Below are positions 1 through 9,825 of a stretch of DNA of 64,000 bases, in pieces (positions within the stretch are counted from its first letter, which is position 1; each line of letters opens with the position of its first letter). Below the pieces are notes generated by a model, which searched no databases, was not told where the DNA came from, and worked only from the letters and a program-made list of their open reading frames with translations. The position numbers were made by a program, and so were the translations under genes. Source of the stretch: an uncultured virus (IMG/VR IMGVR_UViG_3300023243_000074) (Duplodnaviria > Heunggongvirae > Uroviricota > Caudoviricetes); IMG/VR virus record IMGVR_UViG_3300023243_000074; one strand, 5' to 3'.

Positions 1-1608
1 ACCAGCACCATCAGTTGTCAATACTTGTCCGACAACGCCATCAGTGATACCAAGATCAGTGATACTAATTTCATCAGTCGGATTAAATCCGTTAACATCT
101 AGGTATGACGAAACCCTTGCTTGGGTGAAGTATAAGTTAGTAGCACCTTCAGCAAAGTCATCACTATCCTTTGCAGAGATTGTATTATTTACATATGTTT
201 CAGTCGCAAATAAATTGGCATTTAAATATGAGCCAACTCGCGCATCTGTGTAATATAGGTTCGTAAGACCTTCGGCAAAGTCATCACTATCCTTTGCAGA
301 GATTGTATTATTTACATATGTTTCGGTAGCAAATGAATTTGCATTTAAATATGAGCCAACTCTTGCATCTGTGTAATATAGGTTCGTAGAACCTTCGGCA
401 AAGTCATCACTATCCTTTGCAGAGATTGTATTATTTACATATGTTTCAGTCGCAAATGAGTTGGCATTTAAATATATACCAACTCTTGCATCTGTGTAAT
501 ATAGATTAGTTAAACCTTCGGATATTTCATCAGTATTATCCTTTGCCGCAACAGCAGATGTTACAAAGGACTCTGTTGCATAATCGTTAGTTGTTAAGTA
601 TGTACCAACTCGCGCATCTGTGTAATATAGATTAGTTAAACCTTCACTCAGATCGTCAGTATCGCTAGAAGCAAGGTCAGTATTAAAATCAGAAGTTTTG
701 TAAGTAGTAACACCCAACTCACCAGTAGCAGAGTTGTATGTTAGATCACCAGTTGCGCTGATAGCACCTCTTGAGCGTGCTGCTGTGTAGTATAGGTTTG
801 TAGTACCTTCACTTAGATCGTCAGTATCTTTAGTACCAATCCAAGTATCAGCAGTTGATGTAAAATCAGCAGTCGATAACTTAGTAGCAATGGAGTTGGT
901 AATTGTTGTGCTAAAGTTAGCATCATCACCAAGTGCCTGAGCAAGTTCGTTCAATGTATCTAATGCAGCAGGAGCACTAGAAACTAGGTTAGACACTGCT
1001 GTGCTAACTGTAGTGTCTACATATGTTTCAGTTGCAAGGTCAAGCGCGGTTACTCTTGCATCCACTCGTGCATCTGTATAGTATAGGTTTGTAGTACCTT
1101 CACTCAGGTCGTCAGTATCTTTAAAGGTAAACGCAGAGTCGAAATCTGTTTGACTAAAACTATCACCTGGAATCCAAGTAGAAGTTGCGTTATCCCAGAT
1201 AAGTGCCTGACCATCTGTCGGGGGTGTGGTGGTTAAGTCTACATCGGTTAAGTCGTTCAACTCTGTAGCAACAGCGGCAATTGCAGTACTAATTAAACTA
1301 TTGACTTCAACTCGAGTTGGTGAGTTTACAAGTGCAGACTCAATTTCAGTAAAAATTACAACTTCTACGCCGCTTGCAACACCAGTATCTAATACGACTG
1401 AAGTAGAACCTACTGTGTATGAATTTGGTTCTAATAGAAGTCCATTCAAGTATACCAATACTTGTGAACGCTCTAGGGATACAAATAGTTTAGAATCATT
1501 ATCAGTACCAGAAAATACTGTCTGCCCCGCAGTGGATGTGTAAGTGTAAGTATCTCTCTTAGTTTTTAAGAGAATTGTTTCTGGTGAATTACCAATATAC
1601 TGTGCCAT
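1..1608 (-). CDS. Tail fibre / virion structural protein, truncated at the left window edge (not in the ORF track)
   Basis: ATG at 1608 reads MAQYIGNSPETILLKTKRDTYTYTSTAGQTVFSG...VYLNGLLL and appears open to position 1; repeated TDDLSEGxTNLYYTDARV units and an LDTLNELAQALGDDANF motif typical of phage fibres. Confidence 0.85.
   Translation of the reverse strand, partial: MAQYIGNSPETILLKTKRDTYTYTSTAGQTVFSGTDNDSKLFVSLERSQVLVYLNGLLLEPNSYTVGSTSVVLDTGVASGVEVVIFTEIESALVNSPTRVEVNSLISTAIAAVATELNDLTDVDLTTTPPTDGQALIWDNATSTWIPGDSFSQTDFDSAFTFKDTDDLSEGTTNLYYTDARVDARVTALDLATETYVDTTVSTAVSNLVSSAPAALDTLNELAQALGDDANFSTTITNSIATKLSTADFTSTADTWIGTKDTDDLSEGTTNLYYTAARSRGAISATGDLTYNSATGELGVTTYKTSDFNTDLASSDTDDLSEGLTNLYYTDARVGTYLTTNDYATESFVTSAVAAKDNTDEISEGLTNLYYTDARVGIYLNANSFATETYVNNTISAKDSDDFAEGSTNLYYTDARVGSYLNANSFATETYVNNTISAKDSDDFAEGLTNLYYTDARVGSYLNANLFATETYVNNTISAKDSDDFAEGATNLYFTQARVSSYLDVNGFNPTDEISITDLGITDGVVGQVLTTDGAG
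146..640. repeat. 123-bp (41-aa) intragenic tandem repeat: three near-identical copies plus degenerate copies
   Basis: tcactatcctttgcagagat recurs at 161, 284 and 407; the unit encodes EGxTNLYYTDARVGSYLNANxFATETYVNNTISAKDSDDFA on the minus strand. Confidence 0.9.
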
Positions 1609-1609
1609 A

Positions 1610-1945
1610 TTATGATTGCTCCATTACACTAACGATTGTATCTACTGAGTTTGCATTGTTTGAATACACTTCTATTGCATCACCTGTCTCTAGGACGATT
1701 TTATTACCATTCATAATCTCAATGGATCCACCCTGAGGGATAGGAGCATTCTTTACTAGAAATGCATTATCTCCGTCTGCATTGTTTATCTTAACATTGA
1801 TAAAAACCAATGTAGACAAAGTGTTACTTATAGTTAAACCAATAATAACTGCACTAGTACTTGCCGGAGAAGTATATACTGTCATCGCAGTATCTGATGC
1901 AGAAGATGATCCGTCGAATGTTTTTAATTTAAATGTATTTGCCAT
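1610..1945 (-). CDS. Small virion/tail-fibre-associated protein
   Basis: 111-aa ORF MANTFKLKT...KIVLETGDAI, a beta-rich type commonly found next to fibre genes; co-oriented with fibre genes. Confidence 0.65.
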   Translation of the reverse strand: MANTFKLKTFDGSSSASDTAMTVYTSPASTSAVIIGLTISNTLSTLVFINVKINNADGDNAFLVKNAPIPQGGSIEIMNGNKIVLETGDAIEVYSNNANSVDTIVSVMEQS

Positions 1946-1948
1946 GAT

Positions 1949-2446
1949 TTATCCCAATGCAATTGATAACGCAATAATGTCAGAAAGTGTAGACCCTTCT
2001 AGTTCTGTTGCAGATATATCAGAACCACTGAACTGCCCGTTTACAACAAGGTTATTCACCTCAAGATTACGCGCAGAAGCACCTCCGCCTGCTAGGACGG
2101 AATCTAGTGTTACTGTAAATGGGCTTGCGACTGTGCCTGCGCCTAGAATGGTATTTGGGTTTACCGAAACCCCACCAACTGCGGCAGAAGTGATAGCAGA
2201 GTCTAGGTCTTCTAAGACCTCTGCCAGTGTGGAACCTAACGAGTTCGAAAATCCGGTGGTGTCAATTTCTAGAGTATCTTCAGATACCGGAGCAATTGTA
2301 ATTAATTCATCATCAACGCCTTGATTGCGTTTAAGATAAATTACACCATCGTATGTGTTAACTGCCAACTCACCATAATCGAGTTGACCTGCAAGAGGAG
2401 CCTTTCCAGAGACGGAAGACTTCTTGTGTATAATTTTCGTTGTCAT
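1949..2446 (-). CDS. Tail fibre adaptor-like protein
   Basis: N-terminal KKSSVSGKAP..LDYGELAVNTYDGVIY motif typical of fibre N-termini; C-terminus IALSIALG. Confidence 0.65.
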   Translation of the reverse strand: MTTKIIHKKSSVSGKAPLAGQLDYGELAVNTYDGVIYLKRNQGVDDELITIAPVSEDTLEIDTTGFSNSLGSTLAEVLEDLDSAITSAAVGGVSVNPNTILGAGTVASPFTVTLDSVLAGGGASARNLEVNNLVVNGQFSGSDISATELEGSTLSDIIALSIALG

Positions 2447-2469
2447 TAGGTAAAGACCTTTGGTTGTTA

Positions 2470-2491
2470 AACTCCCCTAAAGAGGGGAGTT
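2470..2491. terminator. Intergenic stem-loop, possible terminator or processing hairpin
   Basis: Perfect 9-bp inverted repeat aactcccct-aaag-aggggagtt between two fibre genes; only a weak U-tract. Confidence 0.5.
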
Positions 2492-2533
2492 ATATTTTAA
2501 CATTACATAATATATATAAGATTTAAAAGAACT

Positions 2534-5152
2534 TTAGAATGTTCCTCCATCGATAACCGTGATAGTAACTACACCAGAAGTTACTGCAAAGTTGTCAGCA
2601 CTGAAAGAAGCAACACCCTTAACAGAAGTTGTTGCGACTGGAACAGATGCATTGATAGCATTGTTTGCGTCGTCGTATGTAATGCTGATATGACTTTGTG
2701 TACCATTGGAGAACAATGCACCAGCAGCATCTTGAACACCTTCAACAAAAAGACTATCTGTTACATCTAGTTCGATTGTAACACCAGCAGTTTCTGATCC
2801 AGAACCAGTTACTATTAGACCACCGTTTGCACTTGCTAGAGTTGCAACATAGTTACCAGTAGTATCAGTACCCAGAGCAACAGAGTTGGCCTGGATAGTT
2901 GCAGTCATACTAACATCGGCACTACCATCAAATGTCAGCGTACCAACGACATCACCAGTTAACGATATTGATCTTGTGGTTAGAAGTTTAGTAGCAGTCT
3001 CAGCAGTACCAATCAAAGCACCTACGACGTTTGCCTGCAAAGAAGCAATATTTAACGATGCATGATTTATGTCAAGTATGTTACCGTCGTCATCAATGTC
3101 AGGAGTATATCCATCAAATAGGTAGTATACACCATCTGCAGCATGACGAACCAAACCAGTGTGTGCATATGTACCATCATTGTAGTTACCTACAAAACCA
3201 ATGTCTACAGCATTGCCTGCGGCGGCACTAGATAGGTAAATGATGGGATCTTCAACAACTAGTTGTTGAACATTAATTGTAGTAGTTTGACCATTGACAG
3301 TAAAGTCACCAGCAATTACGACATTGCCTGTGATGTTGGTTTCTGCCGTAATTTCGACAATACCCGTGCCATTAGGTGAGATCTGAATGTTTTCGTTAGT
3401 AACAGTACTAGAAATTACATTACCATTGATATTAATATTATCAACTTGTAATTCGTTCAGTGTTGCTTTATTAGCAGCAAAGTCACCAGAACCGTCACGA
3501 GCAACTAGAGTACTTACTGTATTAGCAGCAGTCGCGTTTGTGCCGATTGTGATATCACCAGTTGATGCATCAACCGTGATGTATGTACCAGCTGTGGCAC
3601 TAGTAACACCAGTGTTATTGAAGCGAATTGCATCTGATGCTGAGTCTACATCAACGTTTACGCCATACCCAGATACGAATGTTAGAGTCGCGGCATTAGC
3701 AGCAGAGACAGCAGTGCCGTTATCAGACCAACTAAATCCAGAGTCTGCATCGATTACAGAAACAGTTCCGAATGAATTTGCGTTAATCGCAACAGTTCCA
3801 GCAGCAGTAATACGACCTTGCGCATCAACTGTGAACTGAGGAATTGTAGTTGCAGAACCATATGCACCGGCAGTTACAGCAGTATCATCTAGTGTTACAG
3901 TAACAGTACCCGCAGAGAATACTGAGGTTAAAGCTGTTCCACCCGCAACAGTTAGTGTAGATCCGGTTGCAATATTACCAGTTCCAGTGTCACCTGCAAC
4001 GGTTACATTGGTAGAAACTGTTTGTGTAGTTGCACCTGTGATACGACCTTGAGCATCAACAGTTAGTACTGGAATAACTGTAGCAGAACCGTATGAACCA
4101 GCGGCTACAGCAGTATCATCTAGTACAATTGTAAGTGCATTATCAGTTGCAGTAGTGGTTAGACCAGTTCCACCAGAAATGGTGAAAGTGTCATCCAATA
4201 GGTTAACAGAGTCTGTACCAAAGTCGCCAGCAATATCAAGTACAGTAGCAACACTAAGAGTGGTTGCACTTGTAATACGACCTTGAGCATCAATAGTAAT
4301 TTGAGGAATTGCAGCAGTAGAACCGTATGTACCCGCAGTTACAGCGGTATCGTCAAGGTTTACAGTAATTCTATTACTTGTTGTTACAGTGGTAAGGCCC
4401 GTGCCGCCAGTTAAAGTGAGAGTTTCGGTTAATAGATCAATACCCTGTGTGATTGCATCATCACCAGTAATTGTCAGAGTTGTTGCAATGTTTGCAGTAC
4501 CAGCACTTGTGATACGACCATCTGCTGCAACTGTAAATATTGGAATTGCAGTTGCAGAACCATAATTACCAGCACTAACACCAGATGCACTGATATCAGC
4601 AACACCAGATGCATTGATAGTAACATCACCACTTAGGGCGCGGTTAATCCACTCACCCGAAGCAGAGTTGTATACTAGTACGTTACCTGCTGCGAGAGTT
4701 CCCAGAGTTACATTAGATATCTCACCAAGTTCAATACTAGATGTTTCAGCTTGAACAAATGATTTGACTGCAAGAGCAGTAACCAATTGTGTATCTGAAG
4801 ATGTTCCGTCTATGGTTGTCGCAATGCTGCTAACAATCTGACCAGCACCACCCGATGTAGTTAACTGTAGAGCACCAGCAATGACTTTATCAATATGACT
4901 GTTAGAGTCAACTAAAAGTGCAGAACTTGCGGTCAGTACGCCTAGGTTGTGGTCTAGTTTAGTAGTAAAGTAAGAACCACCGATTTGAACAGAAGTTGTC
5001 CCACCAAGTCCTCCACCGTCGTCTTGTCCTAACCATAAAATACCATTGGAGAACGTATACGCCGGTTCTGCTACCTCAAGCGTATTATCTAATGGTGCTG
5101 ATGAGCCGCCCGACTGGGGACTACTTTTTAATTTAATTACTGTTCCGGCCAT
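2534..5152 (-). CDS. Long tail fibre protein
   Basis: T/G/A/S-rich protein with four copies of a (LDDTA)VxAGxYGSxxxIPxxTxDAQGRIT unit and C-terminal IDGGTF; start reassigned to MAGTVIKLKSS (ORF track starts at 5170). Confidence 0.85.
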   Translation of the reverse strand: MAGTVIKLKSSPQSGGSSAPLDNTLEVAEPAYTFSNGILWLGQDDGGGLGGTTSVQIGGSYFTTKLDHNLGVLTASSALLVDSNSHIDKVIAGALQLTTSGGAGQIVSSIATTIDGTSSDTQLVTALAVKSFVQAETSSIELGEISNVTLGTLAAGNVLVYNSASGEWINRALSGDVTINASGVADISASGVSAGNYGSATAIPIFTVAADGRITSAGTANIATTLTITGDDAITQGIDLLTETLTLTGGTGLTTVTTSNRITVNLDDTAVTAGTYGSTAAIPQITIDAQGRITSATTLSVATVLDIAGDFGTDSVNLLDDTFTISGGTGLTTTATDNALTIVLDDTAVAAGSYGSATVIPVLTVDAQGRITGATTQTVSTNVTVAGDTGTGNIATGSTLTVAGGTALTSVFSAGTVTVTLDDTAVTAGAYGSATTIPQFTVDAQGRITAAGTVAINANSFGTVSVIDADSGFSWSDNGTAVSAANAATLTFVSGYGVNVDVDSASDAIRFNNTGVTSATAGTYITVDASTGDITIGTNATAANTVSTLVARDGSGDFAANKATLNELQVDNININGNVISSTVTNENIQISPNGTGIVEITAETNITGNVVIAGDFTVNGQTTTINVQQLVVEDPIIYLSSAAAGNAVDIGFVGNYNDGTYAHTGLVRHAADGVYYLFDGYTPDIDDDGNILDINHASLNIASLQANVVGALIGTAETATKLLTTRSISLTGDVVGTLTFDGSADVSMTATIQANSVALGTDTTGNYVATLASANGGLIVTGSGSETAGVTIELDVTDSLFVEGVQDAAGALFSNGTQSHISITYDDANNAINASVPVATTSVKGVASFSADNFAVTSGVVTITVIDGGTF

Positions 5153-5153
5153 T

Positions 5154-5408
5154 TTACAATGCACCTCCATTTAGTTTTAAGTTAGGACTTGAAATTTCTG
5201 ATAGAACAACAAATCCGCCTCTTTCAGCATCGTATGTCATCAATGCACCAGTTAATCTTTGAGAATCTGGTATCACCACATCCGATAAATCTGCCATCGC
5301 GATACCACCGCTAATACCTATGCTAGTCGCCTGAAGGTTCCTAGGAGTAAAAGTTTTTGCGGTGACTGTTGGGTTAGTTATAACCTTAGCGACAATTCTA
5401 TCTGCCAT
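5154..5408 (-). CDS. Small fibre-associated structural protein
   Basis: 84-aa ORF with DLSDV..GALMTYD motif, downstream of a late promoter. Confidence 0.6.
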   Translation of the reverse strand: MADRIVAKVITNPTVTAKTFTPRNLQATSIGISGGIAMADLSDVVIPDSQRLTGALMTYDAERGGFVVLSEISSPNLKLNGGAL

Positions 5409-5427
5409 TTTTTTATATACCTCTATT

Positions 5428-5435
5428 TATTTATA
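5428..5435 (-). promoter_or_regulatory. T4-type late promoter TATAAATA
   Basis: Exact consensus on the minus strand upstream of the ORF starting at 5408. Confidence 0.75.
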
Positions 5436-5441
5436 ATAGTT

Positions 5442-5870
5442 TTACGAACCACCGCCGTCAAAAACGCCAGAAGCTGCAGAATAATCGGTATCTGCAGCGC
5501 CACCGTCGATTATGACTGTGCCAGATACACTAACATTAGGTCTACTTACAGCAGGACTAACTTCAATTTGACCTTCAACGACTCTATAATAGACTCCCTG
5601 AGGTGATTTAACCTGAACATCATATACATAACGACCTGGCTTGATAGCGTTAGTCGTTGCTGCGGTCATTTCTAAAATAGCAACGCCGTTTTCCCCGTCA
5701 TTAACGTTAGCTTCGAAATCGTAAGATTTATTCGAAGAATAACTTTTTCTCATTTGAGCAAGTATATCATAATCTGTAATATCAAACGCCGAGCCTGTGC
5801 CACCTTCAAGGTTGATAGTAGTTCTGAAATCAGTTCCCTGATCCATGAATAGGTTAGCATAAACTGCCAT
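5442..5870 (-). CDS. Virion structural protein (baseplate-upper/BppU-like Ig fold)
   Basis: MAVYANLFMDQGTDF...GRYVYDV...RVVEGQIEVSP, a family common in T4-like aquatic phages. Confidence 0.7.
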   Translation of the reverse strand: MAVYANLFMDQGTDFRTTINLEGGTGSAFDITDYDILAQMRKSYSSNKSYDFEANVNDGENGVAILEMTAATTNAIKPGRYVYDVQVKSPQGVYYRVVEGQIEVSPAVSRPNVSVSGTVIIDGGAADTDYSAASGVFDGGGS

Positions 5871-5902
5871 AAAATCTCCGAATTGTTTATTCTATACATG
5901 TA

Positions 5903-5910
5903 TATTTATA
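5903..5910 (-). promoter_or_regulatory. T4-type late promoter TATAAATA
   Basis: Exact consensus upstream of the ORF starting at 5870. Confidence 0.75.
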
Positions 5911-5974
5911 ATATTTAAAATCTCACTATATAATTATGTAGTATAATATTTATTGATTCAGCAGGGTCATAATT

Positions 5975-6577
5975 ATGAGAATAGACTTAGAACACTTACA
6001 TTATTGGATACATGCAATCCGAACATCAGATGATCCAACTAGGGTTATGGATTCGATGTGGCGTGGACAAGTATCCAGTAAAGAATGGGTTGTTAACAAA
6101 CTGACAGACATTTTAAATAAACAAGAGGATATCTCCATTGATATCTTTGGAGGTTGGACGGGCATATTATCCAGTATGTTGTTTCAAAGTGATTTCGATA
6201 TAACAAGCATCCGTAGCATTGATATCGACCCCACTTGTAAACGCACAGCAGAAGAAATTAACCGTGTCGAGTATAGTAAAGGGATGTTCCAAGCAATAAC
6301 CTCTGATATGTGTAGTATTTATTCTCTTGCAGATGTCGCAATAAATACCTCATGCGAGCACATAACACAAGATCAATACGACAGCTGGTTAGATAAAATC
6401 CCTGGCGATGCCCTAGTTGTACTGCAAAGTAATAACTACGAGATAAAAGAGCATGTAAGGATATCGAGGTCGTTAGAAGAATTTACACATCAAAGCAACT
6501 TAGGTTCTATCACATATGCTGGAGAACTACCTTTACCACTATACAATAGATATATGATTATTGGACACAAAGATTAA
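5975..6577 (+). CDS. Class I SAM-dependent methyltransferase-like protein
   Basis: Gly-rich motif IFGGWTG, acidic SIDIDP, then INTSCEH and VVLQSNNY. Confidence 0.7.
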   Translation: MRIDLEHLHYWIHAIRTSDDPTRVMDSMWRGQVSSKEWVVNKLTDILNKQEDISIDIFGGWTGILSSMLFQSDFDITSIRSIDIDPTCKRTAEEINRVEYSKGMFQAITSDMCSIYSLADVAINTSCEHITQDQYDSWLDKIPGDALVVLQSNNYEIKEHVRISRSLEEFTHQSNLGSITYAGELPLPLYNRYMIIGHKD

Positions 6578-7996
6578 ATGAATAAAGTACATTGGATACA
6601 ACCCGAAGATAGCACCATTGGTAGATATCAAAAAAAGATATCTGATATAACTGGATCTGATACTTTCTGTATTTTGCCTTGGATGCACTTTGCAACTCGT
6701 CCTAATGGTGATATGCGCCTATGTTGTAATAGCAATAGCAGTGGTGCCGGGGAAGATCATACAATTGGGTTGGTGAAGAATGAAACTGGTTCTCCAGCAA
6801 ATTTTGGTAGAGAAACTCCAATGAGTGCGTGGAATAATGATTATATGAAAAGCGTGCGCACCACTATGTTATCTGGAGAAATTCCAGCTTCATGTACTAA
6901 GTGTTTCGCAGAAGAATCTAAACATGTTGTTAGTAAACGAATATGGGAGACCGGAACTTGGATGGAAGATGGTTATGATATTGGAAAACTTGTAGATGAT
7001 ACCGAAGGGGATGGAACTGTACCAGAAAAACTTGCGTATTTAGACCTACGACTTGGGCATACATGTAACATAAAATGTATTATGTGTAGTCCCCATGATA
7101 GCAGTAGATGGGTCGCAGATCATAAAAAGTTAATCCCGATACTGAGTCATGAATCTTTACGCAAACAGATGGCATGGGACTCAACTAAATTCAATAACTC
7201 ATGGTATGAGAACCCTGACTTCTGGAAAGAAATGTATGCTCAGATACCTAATTTGAAGCAAGTGTATTTCGCAGGGGGAGAACCCCTAATGATTAAAGAG
7301 CATAGAAAATTTGTTGAAGAAATTATCAGACAAGGATATCATGATAAAATCCAATTGCGATATAACACCAACGGACTACTATTGAATGATGATATTATTG
7401 ATTTGTGGAAAAATTTCAAGCAAGTTAAGATAGGATTTAGTGTTGATGCACTCACCGATAGGAACGCATACATCAGGTATCCTAGTAATTGGGATACTAT
7501 TGTGCGTAACTTACATAAATTGGATAATACCCCAGATAATATTCATGTTAGTATTGCAACCGCCATACAGATAATGAATATTAAACATTTACCTGAGTTT
7601 GCTAAATGGAAAATAACACAAGGGTTTACTAAAGTGAATCTGCAGAATGTATATAACGATACCGAAGCGGGTGGAGGCATATTTAATATGCATTTGTTAT
7701 ATATCCCAACTTGGTTAAGTATTACAACGCTACCTAAGAAAGATAAAGAGGAAGTTCATAGAATATTTGCAGAATTTAAAGAATGGTTATATGTAAACTA
7801 TAGGACTGATGAGAACTTCTGGGAAACTAATCCATATGGATGGAAGCGCTGGCAAGCAATACTAGATTTTATGGACGGTTTAGATAATAGCAAAGAACTC
7901 AGCGCTTTCTCAGAGTATGTTACTAAGATGGATGGTATCCGTAATACTAAATTTATAGAAATATTTCCAGAGCTTGCTCATTTGATATATGAATAA
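6578..7996 (+). CDS. Radical SAM protein with N-terminal SPASM/twitch-like domain
   Basis: CNIKCIMC (CX3CX2C), FAGGEP, YNTNG; N-terminal CILPW...GDMRLCC...CTKC. Confidence 0.9.
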   Translation: MNKVHWIQPEDSTIGRYQKKISDITGSDTFCILPWMHFATRPNGDMRLCCNSNSSGAGEDHTIGLVKNETGSPANFGRETPMSAWNNDYMKSVRTTMLSGEIPASCTKCFAEESKHVVSKRIWETGTWMEDGYDIGKLVDDTEGDGTVPEKLAYLDLRLGHTCNIKCIMCSPHDSSRWVADHKKLIPILSHESLRKQMAWDSTKFNNSWYENPDFWKEMYAQIPNLKQVYFAGGEPLMIKEHRKFVEEIIRQGYHDKIQLRYNTNGLLLNDDIIDLWKNFKQVKIGFSVDALTDRNAYIRYPSNWDTIVRNLHKLDNTPDNIHVSIATAIQIMNIKHLPEFAKWKITQGFTKVNLQNVYNDTEAGGGIFNMHLLYIPTWLSITTLPKKDKEEVHRIFAEFKEWLYVNYRTDENFWETNPYGWKRWQAILDFMDGLDNSKELSAFSEYVTKMDGIRNTKFIEIFPELAHLIYE

Positions 7997-8993
7997 AAAT
8001 AAAATAATACGAATCGTCAATACCCAAGAATCTAATGTTCTTGATATTAGATTCTGGCCAACTGATATATGTAACTATGATTGTGGATATTGCTTTCCGG
8101 GTTCTAAAGATGCAGTGTATAGGTATCCAAAGAATATTGACACTGTGATAAAAAACTTTCGCAGATTGTTTGATGTATATAATGAGAAGTTTGGTAAAAA
8201 TACATATCTGATAAATTTAGTAGGAGGGGGTGAACCTACAATGTGGCCTCACCTCGGGCAGTTCTGTCGAGAGATCAAAGAACAACATGATGTCAGAATC
8301 CAAGTAACTTCCAACGGATCTAGGACTCTTCGTTGGTGGGAAGAAAATTCTGAACACATAGACAAAGCAGTGTTAAGTTGTCATCATGAATTCGTGAACA
8401 TAGAACACTTCATAAGTGTTGCTGACATGTTGTATCGTAAAGGTGTTATTATTAATTCTATAATGTTGATGGATGCGACCGCTTGGGATAAATGTGTCGG
8501 TCTTATTAACAAGATGCTAAGGAGTAAAGAACTGTGGATTGTTGAAGCAAAAAGTGTTGTAGAGTCTCCTGGTAAAGATATCAATTCATACACTCCCGAT
8601 CAACTTGCATACATTAACCCCTCACTCAAACGTATACCTCCTGGAGAATGGATATTACCTCGAATGGATGTATTGAGCGTTGTAAAGAGCGTTGCTATAT
8701 TTGACGATGGATCAGCAGTTTCTTGTCGCCCAGAAACTCATATTAACGGTAGATGGAACTTTTTCCATGGATGGAAATGTGATGTAGCAAAGGAAAACCT
8801 AGTTATCAGTTATGATGGATCGGTAAAGGGGTCGTGTCAAGAACAGTTGTTCAAAGGGTCTAATCTAAACATTTTCTCAGAGGACTTCATCGATGAATTC
8901 GATATGTCTATGTTTAAACTAGATAGTATTATATGCCCTAGGATAAATTGTCCATGTCAACCAGATACACATATTTCTAAGTCTAAAACCTGA
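7989..8993 (+). CDS. Radical SAM protein with C-terminal Cys-rich (SPASM-like) domain
   Basis: CNYDCGYC, GGGEP, TSNG; C-terminal GWKC...GSC...CPRINCPC. Confidence 0.9.
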   Translation: MNKNKIIRIVNTQESNVLDIRFWPTDICNYDCGYCFPGSKDAVYRYPKNIDTVIKNFRRLFDVYNEKFGKNTYLINLVGGGEPTMWPHLGQFCREIKEQHDVRIQVTSNGSRTLRWWEENSEHIDKAVLSCHHEFVNIEHFISVADMLYRKGVIINSIMLMDATAWDKCVGLINKMLRSKELWIVEAKSVVESPGKDINSYTPDQLAYINPSLKRIPPGEWILPRMDVLSVVKSVAIFDDGSAVSCRPETHINGRWNFFHGWKCDVAKENLVISYDGSVKGSCQEQLFKGSNLNIFSEDFIDEFDMSMFKLDSIICPRINCPCQPDTHISKSKT

Positions 8994-9825
8994 ATGGGAG
9001 TTTCCTAACAAATTTTTCTGGCATTTGATTTACAATTTCTATCCTCAAAACCATATCATCCCAACCGTTGACATATTCATTCGACTTTAAATTATTAGGT
9101 ATTACTTTATTCAAATAATTTAGGGATTCGATTGGTGTTGGATGTAGATCTCCGAAGTTGGGTCTCTTTTTGTTATTAAGTATTGTTCTATACAGAGACT
9201 CTTTGATATTGGGAAATATATCTTTATATAACTCTACTACAGATTTACCTTTTAGGTATTCATCAAAGTATCCATTATTTTCATGCAAGTGTTGTTGCTG
9301 ATCTGCCCAGCGAGTTTCTAGGTCGTTTATAGAAGCAATACCATTCTTGATATCTCTTTCTGCTCGATCTATATCAAATCTTATCAGAGGTAGACTATTT
9401 AAATTAACCCAGTCTACATTAAACGAATCTAATAAGGTTTGTGTTGATTGTATGGATGCAAAATCGCGTATCATCAAACCCTTGTCTTGATTAGCAAACC
9501 TTCGCATCCATGTATTACCATATACAGATTTACGATTTTCCGTTGCAGATAATAACCAATCATTATCAACGTATCTATCTTCTCTAGAACAACTAGTCCA
9601 CATTACTATAACCAGATCATCTTCTGTGAACTTATTCCGCAAGTTACATTCTATTAATGAATTAAATATGAACTGGTTTCCTGCTCCGCCGCGTCCCCAA
9701 TTTTCATAGTAGGGTATCTCTCTTCCGATGATGTCTGCCCACGTCGGCCAGTAGTACCAAGTGAAACTGCATCCAAATGCAAAGAATCTCTTATATTTCC
9801 TTGTGTCTAAATTGTCTATTTGCAT
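8983..9825 (-). CDS. SGNH/GDSL-like protein
   Basis: FAFGCSFT block I-like motif, NWGRGGAGN, late DLHP. Confidence 0.55.
   Translation of the reverse strand: MQIDNLDTRKYKRFFAFGCSFTWYYWPTWADIIGREIPYYENWGRGGAGNQFIFNSLIECNLRNKFTEDDLVIVMWTSCSREDRYVDNDWLLSATENRKSVYGNTWMRRFANQDKGLMIRDFASIQSTQTLLDSFNVDWVNLNSLPLIRFDIDRAERDIKNGIASINDLETRWADQQQHLHENNGYFDEYLKGKSVVELYKDIFPNIKESLYRTILNNKKRPNFGDLHPTPIESLNYLNKVIPNNLKSNEYVNGWDDMVLRIEIVNQMPEKFVRKLPFRF

Noticed and set aside
146..640. Regular repeats as a possible CRISPR array
   Set aside because: Units are contiguous 123-bp in-frame coding repeats with no unique spacers and no cas genes
1226..3839. Plus-strand ORFs at 1226, 1782, 3031 and 3387, and similar antisense ORFs elsewhere (21955, 22999, 24094, 25606, 41456)
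   Set aside because: Antisense shadows of well-supported genes, with no motifs or translation signals of their own
1949..5152. Fibre genes as targets of a diversity-generating retroelement
   Set aside because: No reverse transcriptase and no template/variable repeat pair differing at adenines seen in this window
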